Shown here in pieces: positions 25,085-36,923 of a stretch of 64,000 nucleotides of DNA. The notes below the pieces were generated by a model. The model was not told the DNA's origin and searched no databases. It was given only the letters and a program-made list of their open reading frames with translations. Position 1 is the stretch's first letter; every line of letters begins with the position of its first letter. The stretch comes from Octopus sinensis (lineage: Eukaryota). The stretch lies in assembly GCF_006345805.1 (NCBI RefSeq), contig NC_042997.1:170500001-170564000 (forward strand). Reading direction: 5' to 3'. Both the position numbers and the translations under genes were made by a program.

Positions 25085-26745
25085 AATTCACAGTATCTTG
25101 GTAGATAAAGCAATTAAGAGTATGAAGACAGGGAAAGCCCCCAGCCCATCAGGAATCACTGCAGAGATGCTCAAAATATCTGGTGGTGTTGGCTATGTCG
25201 GCTATAGCCTAATCACCCGTACAGTTAACTAGGTGATACATGAAGGAGTCACACCCAATGACTGATGCAGCAGCACTATTGTAAACTGCTACAAAGGCAA
25301 AGGTGACACTTTAGAGGAAAAGTTTCAGGTGTGGAAGCAAGGATTAGAATTGAAGGATCTTAGAGTCAACATACCTAAAACCAAAGTCTTAATAAGTAGG
25401 AAGGCAGACAAACCACAAATCCATTCAGGTAGATAGCCCTGCTTGATCTGTAGAAAAGGCATAGGTAGAAACTCCATAAGATGTACCCAGTGTAAGCTAT
25501 GGACACATAAGAGGTGCAGCAATATAAAAGGAAGGCTAACTGGGAAGATATTTTTTGTATGTGGCAAATGCTCAGGTACTATAAACACTGGAAATGTTCA
25601 GAGGACAGCTTCCGTCACATTCCAGGGGGGAAAACTAGAAGTAGTTGATAGCTTCTATTACCTAGGGGACCAAGTCAGTGGGGGTGGTGGTGCTCTGAAA
25701 GTTTAGCTGCTAGAATAAGAATAGCCTGGGCAAAGTTCAGAGAGCTCCTACCTCTGCTGATGACAAAGGGCCTCACTCAGAGTAAAAAGTAAACTGTATG
25801 ATGCATGTGTACAAATAGCCATGCTACATGGCAGTAAAATATGGGCTGTGACTGCTGAAGACATGTGTGAGCTTGCAAGTAATGAAGCCAGTATGCTCTG
25901 CTGGATGTGTAATGTCAGTGTGCATACACGACAGAGTGTAAGCGCCCTGAGAGAAAAGTTGGACATAAGAAGCATCAGCTGTGGTGTGCAAGAGAGATGA
26001 ATGCGCTGATATGGTCATGTGTTGTGAATGAATGAGGACAGCTGTGTGAGAAAGGGTCACATCCTAGCAGTTGAGGGAACCTGTGGAAGAGGTAGACCTA
26101 GTAAAACCTTGGACGATGTGGTGAAGCACGACCTTCGAACGTTGGGTCTTACCGAGGCAGTGACTAGTGACCGAGACCTTTGGAGATATGCTGTGCTTCA
26201 GAAGACCTGACAAGCCAAGTGAGACCATAACCAATGGCCTATGCCAGTGGGTGTAACCACTTATGAATACCCCTCATTCATTGGACAATAAACTTTGCTT
26301 GCAAAGACCTATTGAGGCAAGTGAAATTAAAATCAAAATTGCTGACATGGCCGATGACAGTACCGCCTGATTGGCACTCATACCAATGGTATGTTAAAAG
26401 CACACCTGAGCACGATCATTGCCAGGGCCATGGATTGGCTCCTGTGCTGGTGGCACATGAAAAACAACATTCGAGCATGGTCGTTGCCATCGGACTGGCT
26501 GCCATGCTGGTAGTATGTAAAAAACACCTTTTGAGCATGGTCGTTGCCAGAACTGCCTGACTGGTCCTTGTGCTGGTGGCACATAAAAGCACTCACTACA
26601 CTCTCAGAGTGGTTGGCATTAAGAAGGGCATCTAGAAACTTTGCCAGATCAGACTGAGCCTGGTGCAGCCTTCTGGCTCACCAGTCCTCAGTCAAGCCAT
26701 CCAACCCATGTCAGCATGGAAAGTGGACATTAAACGATGACAATG
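25085..26745 (+). mobile_element. RTE LINE 3' portion, RT core deleted, degenerate
   Basis: MKTGKAP relic, then a jump to EKFQVWK; CRKGIGRNSIRCTQCKLWTHKRC finger; GRGRPSKT; 3' UTR repeats; aaacgatga tail. Confidence 0.9.
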
Positions 26746-26749
26746 ATGA

Positions 26750-26791
26750 TGAAATATATATATATATATATTATATATATATTATATATAT

Positions 26792-26827
<36 letters not shown>

Positions 26828-26832
26828 CATAC

Positions 26833-26886
<54 letters not shown>

Positions 26887-26910
26887 AATATATATATATG
26901 TATATATATG

Positions 26911-26944
<34 letters not shown>

Positions 26945-26962
26945 ATATATATGTATATATAT
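26750..26962. repeat. Long interrupted (TA)n microsatellite
   Basis: Direct reading. Confidence 0.95.
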
Positions 26963-27131
26963 ATAATAGTTATCGCCATACTAATATGGCATTCTTATAA
27001 AAATAAGAATAAAGCTGTCCGCTTATTAGCTCCATGAGGCCATCGCCTTAAGTTAGCTATTTGATACACAAACTGTATCCATATAACCTTCGAACAAGGG
27101 AGGTCAGTCGCTCCACACTACTTGACCGGCA

Positions 27132-27173
27132 GCTACAGACGCGTTTCGGGGTATTGCCCCTTTTCAATGCAGC
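27132..27173 (-). ncRNA. Minimal hammerhead ribozyme, U3-A8 variant core (mirror copy)
   Basis: Exact reverse complement of 27361-27402. Confidence 0.75.
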
Positions 27174-27360
27174 GTAGCCAGACCAGTAGGTGTCGCTTCT
27201 GACAATCTCTGTTCGAAGGTTTTATTTACCTAGCTTTTAGAGAGACTTAGTAATTTTAATATTTCTATTATTGAAAACAAGTGGATGTATTCCACCGAAG
27301 CTAGGTAAATAAAACCTTCGAACAGAGATTGTCAGAAGCGACACCTACTGGTCTGGCTAC

Positions 27361-27402
27361 GCTGCATTGAAAAGGGGCAATACCCCGAAACGCGTCTGTA
27401 GC
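27361..27402 (+). ncRNA. Minimal hammerhead ribozyme, U3-A8 variant core
   Basis: GCUGCA UUGAAAA GGGG caaua CCCC GAAA CGCG UC^UGUAGC; stem I 6 bp (one G-U), stem II 4 G-C pairs, palindrome ACGCGU. Confidence 0.75.
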
Positions 27403-27631
27403 TGCCGGTCAAGTAGTGTGGAGCGACTGACCTCCCTTGTTCGAAGGTTATATGGATACAGTTTGTGTATCAAATAGCTAACTTAAGGCGATGGCCTCAT
27501 GGAGCTAATAAGCGGACAGCTTTATTCTTATTTTTATAAGAATGCCATATTAGTATGGCGATAACTATTATTTTCCGGAAACGCTGCCGTTGTTCTCTTT
27601 TAGAGAGACTTAGTAATTTTAATATTTCTAT

Positions 27632-27662
<31 letters not shown>

Positions 27663-27675
27663 GTATATGTATATA

Positions 27676-27728
<53 letters not shown>

Positions 27729-27954
27729 AATATATATATATATATAGAATAATGGAAAATGGAGACAAACGCACAAGATGTTATTTAAATCACCTTATCA
27801 CCGACATATGTTTCGACTGATGCATTTGTTCTCCATATATATTATATATTGTAGTTTCTTACATCTGTAAAAATGACTTATTGAGGAGCACTGTTGTTTA
27901 TTATCTCCTCCCTGATGAGATTGATGCATTTTCCCTCCCACATTATTCTTCCTC

Positions 27955-28070
27955 TCTTTAGTATTTCAAGATATTTTTATATAATTTTGGTAGATCTATG
28001 TTAAAATGAGGATGTCAGTGTTATTTTCATTTTTGCATAATTTAGATGACAGTTTGTTCACTGCACCCTG
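27955..28070 (+). mobile_element. Right end of the maT/DD37D-like transposon
   Basis: Matches 58900-59013 and ends gcaccctg|ta. Confidence 0.75.
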
Positions 28071-29284
28071 TATATATATATAAATATAAATATATGTATA
28101 TATATATATATAAATTAGAAACAAAACACATTTTATCAATTCAATAAAAGATGTTTTTTTTCTAATTTATTGAATTGATAAATATATATATTATATTTTG
28201 ATATATATATTATATTTTGTGGAATTTGATTTAGTATTTCTAAATTGAATTTTTCCCTGTAAGTTTGGAATGATATTCCCTCGTATTATTATATATATTT
28301 ATATATATATATATATATAGTATTAGTTTAATAATTTTATGTTCAGGTATACATCTTCTTGTGTACTGTTTAAAGCACATCCACAGTATTCAGTTACCTA
28401 ATGTCAACAACAGTATGGAAGTTTGTACCACTGGATTTATTTCAAGAATTTGTTTGTGTCTGTAGAGTTTGTATAGCGTTTTGTGAATTCTGTTTTCTAT
28501 GTCTCACATTTTGTGTGTGTGTGCGTATGTGTGTGTGTGTGTCTGTGTGTGTGTGTGTGTCTGTGTGTGTCTGTGTGTCTGTGTGTACTATAAAGAGAAG
28601 AGAGAAACTTGCCAAGTGAGCTGATGAGTGAAAACTCAGGACACTGCATGACCAAAAATATCTTTGTATATTCTCTCTTTTTAGTGAAAATAGAATTTGA
28701 CAATGGAAAACCTTTAGGAAAATATACAGAAATAGTTTCTGTGTATTCTAATGACATTGATGTTGATTATATATTTGCTTCTTTCTTTTTTTTTTTCTAC
28801 TTTCAACCAGATATTATTATTATTCTTTCTTTTTTACTGAAGGATGATATATCTTAAGATTTTACCTCCTTGAGTTGGTGTAGTGTTTTGTTACACAATT
28901 TCCTTTCGTGTTTTTATCCTATTCACACACAGACACTAAATACAGAAGAGATATGTAAATAAAGGTAAATAGATAAATAAAGAGGAAACATTAGCTTAAT
29001 AATCTCATGGAAATCAGTATTCATGCAAGAAAATACTAAAACATAAATATTATTTGACAGAATTATTTCTGTCTTTTTGAAAATGGAAGTAAAAAAAGAA
29101 ATTGTGCTGGCATTTTGTTACTAACATCAGATACGGGCATCTTTTGTCTGCAGTGTCTGTTAACTGATAATTTGATAAGTCTGAACTCTTAAGCAAAAGA
29201 AATTATTCCATCTCTCACAACCACTTTTTGTCACAATGCATTAATGTTTCTTTTCTCTCCTTGTCCTGTTTTGTCTGTGTTTAG

Positions 29285-29404
29285 GAAATAAACAATTTAA
29301 CTTCTGTGTTTGCTCTGTCTTTCGGGCTTATAGTGTCAGATGTGTTGCTTGAACAGTTTGAGCAATATGTTGAGATGGCAGGGAAGCAAATTGACACAAC
29401 ACGA
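29285..29404 (+). CDS. Candidate coding exon of an unidentified host gene (EINNLTSVFALSFGLIVSDVLLEQFEQYVEMAGKQIDTTR)
   Basis: Long pyrimidine tract plus tttag acceptor; 120-nt open phase-0 frame in non-repeat DNA; donor (gtgtaa) is weak, or the frame ends at GTG TAA. Confidence 0.45.
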
Positions 29405-29450
29405 GTGTAATGCAATGTGGAAGTGAAGGCAATGTTTTGTGTGGTTGTAT

Positions 29451-29945
29451 GCCAAGCAAAATGCTTAGTTGTATTTTGTCTGCCGCTACGTTCTGAGTTC
29501 AAATTCCGCCAAGGTCAACTTTGCCTTTCATCCTTTCGGGGTCGATAAATTAAGTACCTATTTCTTTATTACCCACAAGGGGCTAAACATAGAGGGGACA
29601 AACAAGGACAAACATAGGTATTAAGTCGATTACATCGACCCCAATGTGTAACTGGTACTTAATTTATCGACCCCGAAAAGATGAAAGGCAAAGTCGACCT
29701 CGGCGGAATTTGAACTCACAATGTAACGACAGACGAAATACGGCTACGCATTTTGTACCTATGTCTGTCCTTGTTTGTCCCCTCTATGTTTATCCCCTTG
29801 TGGGTAGTAAAGAAATAGGTATTTCATCTGTCTTTACATTCTGAGTTCAAATTCTGCAGAGTTGGCTTTGTCTTTAATCCTTTTGGGGTCGATAAAATAA
29901 GTACCAGTCGAGTACTGAGGTTGATGTAATTGACTTACCACTTAC
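29451..29945. mobile_element. Nested SINE B cluster: antisense copy (29557-29740) inside a sense multimer
   Basis: Orientation switches at aagta|cctatttc and returns at gtacctatgtctgtcc. Confidence 0.8.
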
Positions 29946-30400
29946 TTGCTTCTCTGAAATTACTGGCCTTGTGCTAAAATTTGAAACCAATATTTTATGG
30001 ATGCCATGTGATAGCAAGAACAAAGTTACATGAAAATGAAGGCATAAACTGCAAGGGAAACCATTCTTGTATATTAACTTTATTGACCCTTGTTATTTGT
30101 GAAAGGATTAATTTAACAAGATGCAATTGCAAAGTTTATGTTTGGGTGCAAATACGTCTGTTGGATTTTGGCTGAATTCCTGTTATGAGGAACCACATTC
30201 AATAAAAGATATCTTTTTTTTTTTAATTGATCTTAATAATCATGTAGAAACATTATCAATTTAACTAAACACTGAAACTGGCTGACCCTATTCAACATGA
30301 AAGTAACATGATATGCCACAGAGAAATATAAGACTAACTCTGTATTTAAAGCAGTAATTAGTTCCAAACCATTTGACTTCCATCCAATATTTCTATTTAA

Positions 30401-30607
30401 CCTTCTCGTTACCATATTTCTGTTGAAATACACTGCTTTTGTTTCGGTTCATTTTGAAAATAATGAAGAATTTAGTACAATAATATTGTCGTTATTAAAC
30501 TGGTATTTGGAACAAAATTAGCATGAAATTTTGATAGGAGGTTAATTAAATCTAAAGTGTGTTTCAGAGAACTGGAAGTAGTCTTCAGTTAGTTGATATC
30601 AAAATGG
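30401..30607. mobile_element. piggyBac-type MITE (TTAA flanks)
   Basis: ttaa|ccttctcgttacc ... gatatcaaaatgg|ttaa; homologous to 37969-38188 and 58155-58373. Confidence 0.7.
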
Positions 30608-30642
30608 TTAAGAATATCTATTAATATTACCTCAATCACCAG

Positions 30643-30860
30643 GGTGGTAAGCTGGCAGAATTGTTAGCACACCAGGTGATATGCTGAGTGGTATTTTGTC
30701 TGTCTTCGTGTTCTGAGTTCAAATTCTACCGAGGTTAACTTTACCTTTCATCCTTTCAGAGTCGATGAATCAAGTACTAGTGAAACACTGGGGTCGATAT
30801 AATCAACTAGTCCCCTTTCTCCAAAATTTCATGCCTTGTGCCTTTAGTAGAAAGGAATAT
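30643..30860 (+). mobile_element. SINE family B variant
   Basis: ggtggtaagctggcagaattgttagc...gagttcaaattc...cctttcatcctttcagagtcgat. Confidence 0.8.
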
Positions 30861-31198
30861 TACTTCAATCAGAAATTATTTACTCAATAAAGGCAATTTT
30901 TCTTTATCTTGTTGAAGAGATTAGTTCAAATTTGATCCCTAGGTGACCTATTCCCCTTAAGCTATTATGCATGCATACATACATATCATTTAAATATATA
31001 TGAGCATGTCTAGATATGCAACTATATGCATAAGAATACATACATAAAACAAAACATACAAATCTATGCACATACATACATATTTAGCTGATTAGAAAAG
31101 ATTAGCTGAGGGAAAATACTGTGTAGAGAAGGGGTCAGAATCTTTATTTTATAATGATTCACTATTGAATTTTTGATTTCTTTACATTTACCCATGTG

Positions 31199-31500
31199 GA
31201 GGCACAATGGCCCAGTGGTTAGGGCAGCGAACTCGCGGTTGGAGGATCGTGGTTTTGATTCCCAGACTGGGTGTTGTATGTGTTTATTGAGCGAAAATAC
31301 CTAAAGCTTCACGAGGCTCTGGCAGGGGTTGGTGGTGACCCCTGTTGTACTCTTTCGCCCCAACTTTCTCTCACTCTTTCTTCCTGTTTCTTGAGTAATG
31401 CTGCGATGGACTGGTGTCCCATCCAGCTGGGGGTAACATATATGCCACAGAAACCGGGAAACCGGGCCCATGAGCCTGGCTAGGCTTGAAAAAGGTGCAA
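31199..31500 (+). mobile_element. SINE family C (tRNA-like head)
   Basis: ggcacaatggcccagtggttagggcagc...gattccc; shares about 130 bp with 57418-57685. Confidence 0.75.
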
Positions 31501-31700
31501 AAAGAAAAAGACATTTACCCATTGCTCCCATGTAATGATATCACAGCATGTCTCCTATTATCAGCACTGGCAATTGTTATGTAAACAAAAGTTGGTCTAA
31601 AAATTATCACCTGTTCAATGATACACAAGTATATTAAATTTGAAAATTTTTTAGAAAAAGTCTGAAGTCCATAGAAAACACCTTAGTGACCCTCTTATAG

Positions 31701-31776
31701 GCTGTGGTTCTCTTACTGGCAAGCCCTGGTGTAGAAGAATTTCATTCAGAAGATACAAATTACATAGTTTCTCAAT
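31701..31776 (+). CDS. Candidate host exon (AVVLLLASPGVEEFHSEDTNYIVSQ if phase 0)
   Basis: ctcttatag acceptor, strong gtaagt donor, two open frames, unique sequence. Confidence 0.45.
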
Positions 31777-32295
31777 GTAAGTGAATAGCAGAGCTGAAAA
31801 TAGCTGAGCAGACTTCTGATTCCTAAAGCCATATGTTCGCGTCTTTTAGCACACACTCATTACACATGACATTCTTAATTAAGCGAGCCATATAGATTTT
31901 AAAAGCTCTAGAATTAATCTTATAAAAATATTTTTGAAATTTACTCCAGTATGAAAAGCCATATAAGAAGTTCACAAGGAGAGGTTAGAGATTAAAGCTA
32001 TGCCTTCTGTTCTTTATTTTCAAAGACGCATATTCCTAGAATAAACTCTTAATTGATGTTGCAGAAGCTTTACATGTACAGTCTAGATGAAATGTAGTGG
32101 AACTGTATGATTATCTATAGAGACAGTCGAGGATGATGATGATGATAATGATGAGTGTCTTCGTTGTCTTGCTTTTATTGTTATTATTGTGTTATTACTA
32201 TATTTGGTGTAGTAATATATGCATAAATAGAGAGTTACACACATACGAATACTTGTGTGTGTATGTGTGTGAGAGAGACTCTGTATATATATATA

Positions 32296-32675
32296 TATCA
32301 TCATCATCATCGTTTAACGTCCGCTTTCCATGCTAGCATGGGTTGGACGGTTCAACTGGGGTCTGGCAAGCCCGAAGGCTGCACCAGGCCAGTCAGATCT
32401 GGTAGTGTTTCTACAGCTGGATGCCCTTCCTAACGCCAACCACTCCGAGAGTGTAGTGGGTGATTTTATGTGCCACCGACACAGGTGCCAGACGAGGCTG
32501 GCAGACGGCCACGCTCGGATGGTGTTTTTTATGTGCCACCGACACAGGTGCCAGACGAGGCTGGCAGACGGCCACGCTCGGATGGTGTTTTCTTATGTGT
32601 CACCGACACAGGTGCCAGACGAGGCTGGCGAACGGCCACGCTCGGATGGTGTTTGTTACGTGCCCTCAGCACGGA
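32296..32675 (-). mobile_element. Young RTE 3' UTR copy (3 repeat units), nearly identical to 4100-4535
   Basis: Only a handful of differences over about 350 bp; (cat)n tail. Confidence 0.95.
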
Positions 32676-32731
32676 GATATATATATATATAAATATAGAT
32701 ATACACATATATATTTCTGTGGTGTGTGTAG

Positions 32732-32764
<33 letters not shown>

Positions 32765-32809
32765 TATAGATATACACATATATATTTCTGTGGTGTGTGT
32801 AGTTATATA

Positions 32810-32868
<59 letters not shown>

Positions 32869-32999
32869 ATAATATATATACGTACATACACACATACTTA
32901 CATACATGCATGCATACATACATACATACATACACATGCACACATATATGCAGAGATACTTACACACTCACACAATATATACCTCTCTCTCTCTCTCTA

Positions 33000-33421
33000 T
33001 CATCATCATCATCATCATCGTTTAACGTCCGTTTTCCGCGCTAGCACGGGTTGGACAGTTCGACCAGAGTTTGGGAAGCCAGGGGCTGCACCAGGCTCCA
33101 GTCTGATCTGGCAGAGTTTCTACAGCTTGATGCCTTTCCTAACGCCAACCACTCCGCGAGTGTAGTGGGTGCTTTTTACGTGCCACCTGCACAGGTGCAA
33201 GGGGGGTCTGGCATCGACCACGATCGGTTGGAGCTTTTAACGTGCCACCGGCACGGGAGCCAGCCAAGGCAGGGCTGGCAACGGCCACATTCGGATGGTG
33301 CTTTTTATGTGCCACCGGCACAGAAGCCAGTCAGGGCGGCGCTGGCATCGGCCATGTTCGGATGGTGCTTTTTATGTGCTACCAGCACAGGAGCCAGTCG
33401 AGGCGGCGCTGGCAACGGCCA
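33000..33421 (-). mobile_element. RTE 3' UTR copy, different subfamily
   Basis: cgtttaacgtccgttttccgcgctagc... plus divergent ~60-bp units. Confidence 0.9.
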
Positions 33422-33511
33422 TATTTATATTTCCTGAGCGCCATACTAATACAATTGTTCGTTTGTTTTCCACCTGCTTTTGTCTTTTGTCTATTTTCAT
33501 AAAGCTTCCCG

Positions 33512-33549
<38 letters not shown>

Positions 33550-33595
33550 CCACCCACATGTTTACACACAAAATATGTGTGGAGAGTGTGTATGT

Positions 33596-33628
<33 letters not shown>

Positions 33629-33984
33629 CAGACAGACGACAGACAGATAAATAGATAGCTATCATCCATACTTGTAAACACACACACACACACATATAAA
33701 GTAAACAGTAGAATCTAAGTGATGGTGTGTGCTGATAATCAATAAGTGTAAACATTTCAAAAGTGGAATTCATTGGTTTTTCTGTGAAGAAAATGAAGTA
33801 TCTTGTGTTGGTGTCAACTGCACTCTTCATCAGAGAAGGATCTTTTCTGATGGTACACAATAGGTTGAGTGGGAGTTTTGAGAGAGAGAAAGAGATAAGA
33901 AAATAGAGAAAGCAGTGATTAATAAGTGGGAGGAGGTCACAAGGTAACATGTGTTGGATAGTGTTTAAATGGTTAAAAGCCCAC

Positions 33985-34290
33985 TTTGATCATGAATGAC
34001 CATGGGATTGCACCTAGAAAGTTAGCCTCTGGGTAAACTTGTTTATGGAAGACCAGAAGTTGCCCATGCATACCAGCCTCCCCTCTCCATGCCACCGATG
34101 TTATCCAAGAGAAAGGCAAAGACCAATACAGCTTGACACCAGTGGTGTTGTGACTCATTTCTATAGCTGAGTGAACTGGAGTAATGTGAAATAAAGTGTC
34201 TTGCTCAAGAACACAGCCTGGTCTGAGAATCGAACCCACTAGCTCATGAATGTGTGATTGACACTCTAACCACTGAACCATGCACCTTCA
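33985..34290 (-). mobile_element. SINE family D
   Basis: Reverse complement of the family D consensus. Confidence 0.8.
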
Positions 34291-34914
34291 CTGGGTAGTG
34301 TTTAACAAGGGATATAATTAATGAGAACACAGTTCATAATAATATCGAAGTACTTTCCTGATCCATACAGGTTTGTAGACTCACCTCCTTCCGTGGACTA
34401 CCTATAAATACAGACAGAAACATCTCATCTTCAGATATGAAACTAGAGACATTTAATGTTCACAGGCTTTACTAAGGGCCTCTTATTCTCCAAACAGTAT
34501 CTGATTACCTAGAAACCAATGAGATAACAAATGCCCAAACAACATATGTGATGACTAGACTTTTATTTAGGGAAGCACTCCTCATGACATAATTAACAAT
34601 ACCACTGCTATCCAGCAACAATGCTCAGTCTACAGTTATTTGTTAGTAAAACTTAATTCCCTATATAACAATTTATGCAACTATCTAGTCATCCATCTAT
34701 TCATATTTCCACCTCCCCAGCTATATGCCTAAATGCCTACCTATCTGTCATTATGCCATTATGGTTAAACATTAAAACCTAAGCTGGCAACAAAGCTCAT
34801 ATTCCTTGATATACTGTTCTGACACGTCTTTTCATTTACTTAGGGTAGGTTCCAGGAAGAGCATAAAGCTGTTGAATTCTAAAATAATGGTGATATATAT
34901 ATATATATATATAT

Positions 34915-35269
34915 ATATAATAATAAATATTAGGGAATAAATCCAAATTTACAGGGAAAAATCAGATTTAGGATTAAATCCAATTTTATAGTAAAATATT
35001 ATATAATATAATTCGAGACAAAACCACTACTTTGCAAAACAAACAAGGAAAGACTTAATCAATACATAAAAATTTTTAATATAAAGAAATAAACCGCCAC
35101 TACAATCGTTTCATGTCTTCAATGACATTCGTCAGGTGGACTTTCGATCTCCTAATCTGTTTTAATTTATATTAAATTATTTCTTTATATTTATTTCTTT
35201 ATATTAAAAATTTTTATGTATTGATTAAGTCTTTCCTTGTTTGTTTTGCAAAGTAGTGGTTTTGTCTCG

Positions 35270-35276
<7 letters not shown>
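34915..35276. mobile_element. Penelope-like fold-back in (TA)n; 87-bp arms 35007-35093 / 35190-35276
   Basis: Shares attagggaataaatccaaatttac...gagacaaaaccact with 14030-14180; arms are reverse complements. Confidence 0.8.
35097..35139 (-). ncRNA. Minimal hammerhead ribozyme, canonical core
   Basis: Minus strand: CCAC CUGACGA AUGUC auugaa GACAU GAAA CGAUUG UA^GUGG. Confidence 0.8.
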
Positions 35277-35311
<35 letters not shown>

Positions 35312-35330
35312 CACACACACACACACACAC

Positions 35331-35372
<42 letters not shown>

Positions 35373-35411
35373 CTGTATATATATGTATATATATGTATAT
35401 ATATATATATA

Positions 35412-35456
<45 letters not shown>

Positions 35457-35459
35457 CTG

Positions 35460-35655
35460 TGCAGGTGGCACGTAAAAAAAACCCACTACACTCGCGGAGT
35501 GGTTGGCGTTAGGAAGGGCATCCAGCCGTAGAAACACTGCCAGATCTGACTGGGCCTGACGAAGCCTTCCAGCTTCACAGACCCCAGTTGACCCGTCCAA
35601 CCCATGCTAGCATGGAAAGCGGACGCTAAACGATGATGATGATGATGATGATGAT
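35460..35655 (+). mobile_element. RTE 3' terminal fragment with (GAT)n tail
   Basis: gtggcacgtaaaaaaaacccactacactcgcggag...ggacgctaaacgatgatg. Confidence 0.9.
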
Positions 35656-35664
35656 ACATATATA

Positions 35665-35873
35665 TCTATAAATGTAATATGTGACAATTATTTGGTAGCC
35701 ATGATAAAACTCCGAGTTTCGGATGCCGAGGTGGCATCAAGGGTCATTTTTCATAGCATTTTTTCTGATGGCCAGATAACTGAAGAGATGGCAGCATGGA
35801 TTTCCACATCGGCATCTGAAACTCGGAGTTTTATCATGGCTACCAAATAATTCTCACATATTACGTTTAGAGA
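35665..35873. mobile_element. Penelope-like remnant with 70-bp inverted arms (35665-35734 / 35804-35873) and a hammerhead-like motif at 35775-35835
   Basis: GAUAA CUGAAGA GAUG..CAUC u GAAA CUCGGAG UU^UUAUC on the + strand. Confidence 0.6.
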
Positions 35874-36409
35874 TAAATTCCTCTATCTACATAATATCGA
35901 GGTCTCTTTCATTTTTTTGTTGTCTTACCATTTTTATCAATATATATATATATATATTTGCATACATACAGTTATGCATGAATATATGATGGGGTGCTGA
36001 AAAGTTCCTGGCTTTGGGTGAAAGAGAATACAGGAGAATCAGTTAATTATTATTTCATTCAGCATATTCCCCTCTCAGATTCATGCACCTAATGAAGCAG
36101 TCCTTCAGTTTTTCTAAGTCCTGTAAAAGAACTTGGAAGATTGGACACAGAGGAAGAATTAACAGACATTAGCACCAATAATAGTTTAAAATTTTGAGAC
36201 AAGGTCAGCAATTTTGGGGGAAGGGGCCTTGTTGATTACATTGATCCCAGTGCACTGCTGGTGCTTATGTTATTGATTCCGGAAGGATGAATGGCAAAGT
36301 CATCTTCGACAGCATTTGGTCTCAGAACTTAGAGCAAGGAGAAATATTGCTAAACATTTTGTCCAGCACACAAATGATTCTGCCAGTTCATTGCCTTCTA
36401 CATTAGCAA

Positions 36410-36826
36410 TCATCATCATCATCATCATCATTTAGCGTCCGTTTTCCATGCTTGCATGGGTTGGACGGTTCAACTGGGGTCTGTGAAGCCGGAAGGCTTC
36501 ATCAGGCCCAGTCAGATCTGGCAGTGTTTCTACGGCTGGATGCCCTTCCTAACGCCAACCACTCCGTGAGTGTAGTGGGTGCTTTTTACGTGCCACCCGC
36601 ACAAGTGCCAGACAGAGCTGGCAAATGGCCACGAACGGATGGTGCTTTTACGTGCCACCAGCACGGGGGCCAGGCGAGGCTGGCAACGGACATGAACGGA
36701 TGGTGCTTTTACGTGCCACCGGCACGGGGGCCAGGCAAGGCTGGCAACGGACACGAACGGATGGTGCTTTTTACGTGCCACCGGCACAAGGCCAGTCAGG
36801 GCGGTGCTGGCAACGGTCAAGGGCGG
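36410..36826 (-). mobile_element. RTE 3' UTR copy (4 repeat units)
   Basis: (cat)n ttagcgtccgttttccatgc... then ggctggcaacggacacgaacggatggtgctttt units. Confidence 0.9.
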
Positions 36827-36855
36827 CACTAACAATTAAAATTGTTTCTTTTCAG

Positions 36856-36923
36856 AAGAAGGAGGGCAGCAATTATGACCTTTGCAAGACCCACATCCCC
36901 AACATCTCCAACCCTCGATACTG
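36856..36923 (+). CDS. Strong candidate host exon (KKEGSNYDLCKTHIPNISNPRY or RRRAAIMTFARPTSPTSPTLDT)
   Basis: Branch point cactaac (about 36827-36833), ttgtttcttttcag acceptor, ctg|gtgagg donor; coding frame not determined. Confidence 0.55.

Larger units (their letters stand above)
26963..27634. mobile_element. Young Penelope-like fold-back in (TA)n: perfect 274-bp arms 26963-27236 / 27298-27571
   Basis: No mismatch found between the arms by eye; 61-nt spacer whose first 35 nt recur directly at about 27600-27634. Confidence 0.85.

Noticed and set aside
27795-27935. Split hammerhead: GAAACAUAUGUC half on the minus strand and CUGAUGA half on the plus strand
   Set aside because: The halves are on opposite strands, so no single RNA folds; probably a rearranged PLE relic
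28605-28650. CUGAUGA at about 28620
   Set aside because: No stem II/GAAA/stem I arrangement
34498-34550. Open frame SDYLETNEITNAQTTY as a linking exon
   Set aside because: Weak donor, and equally like a LINE RT relic
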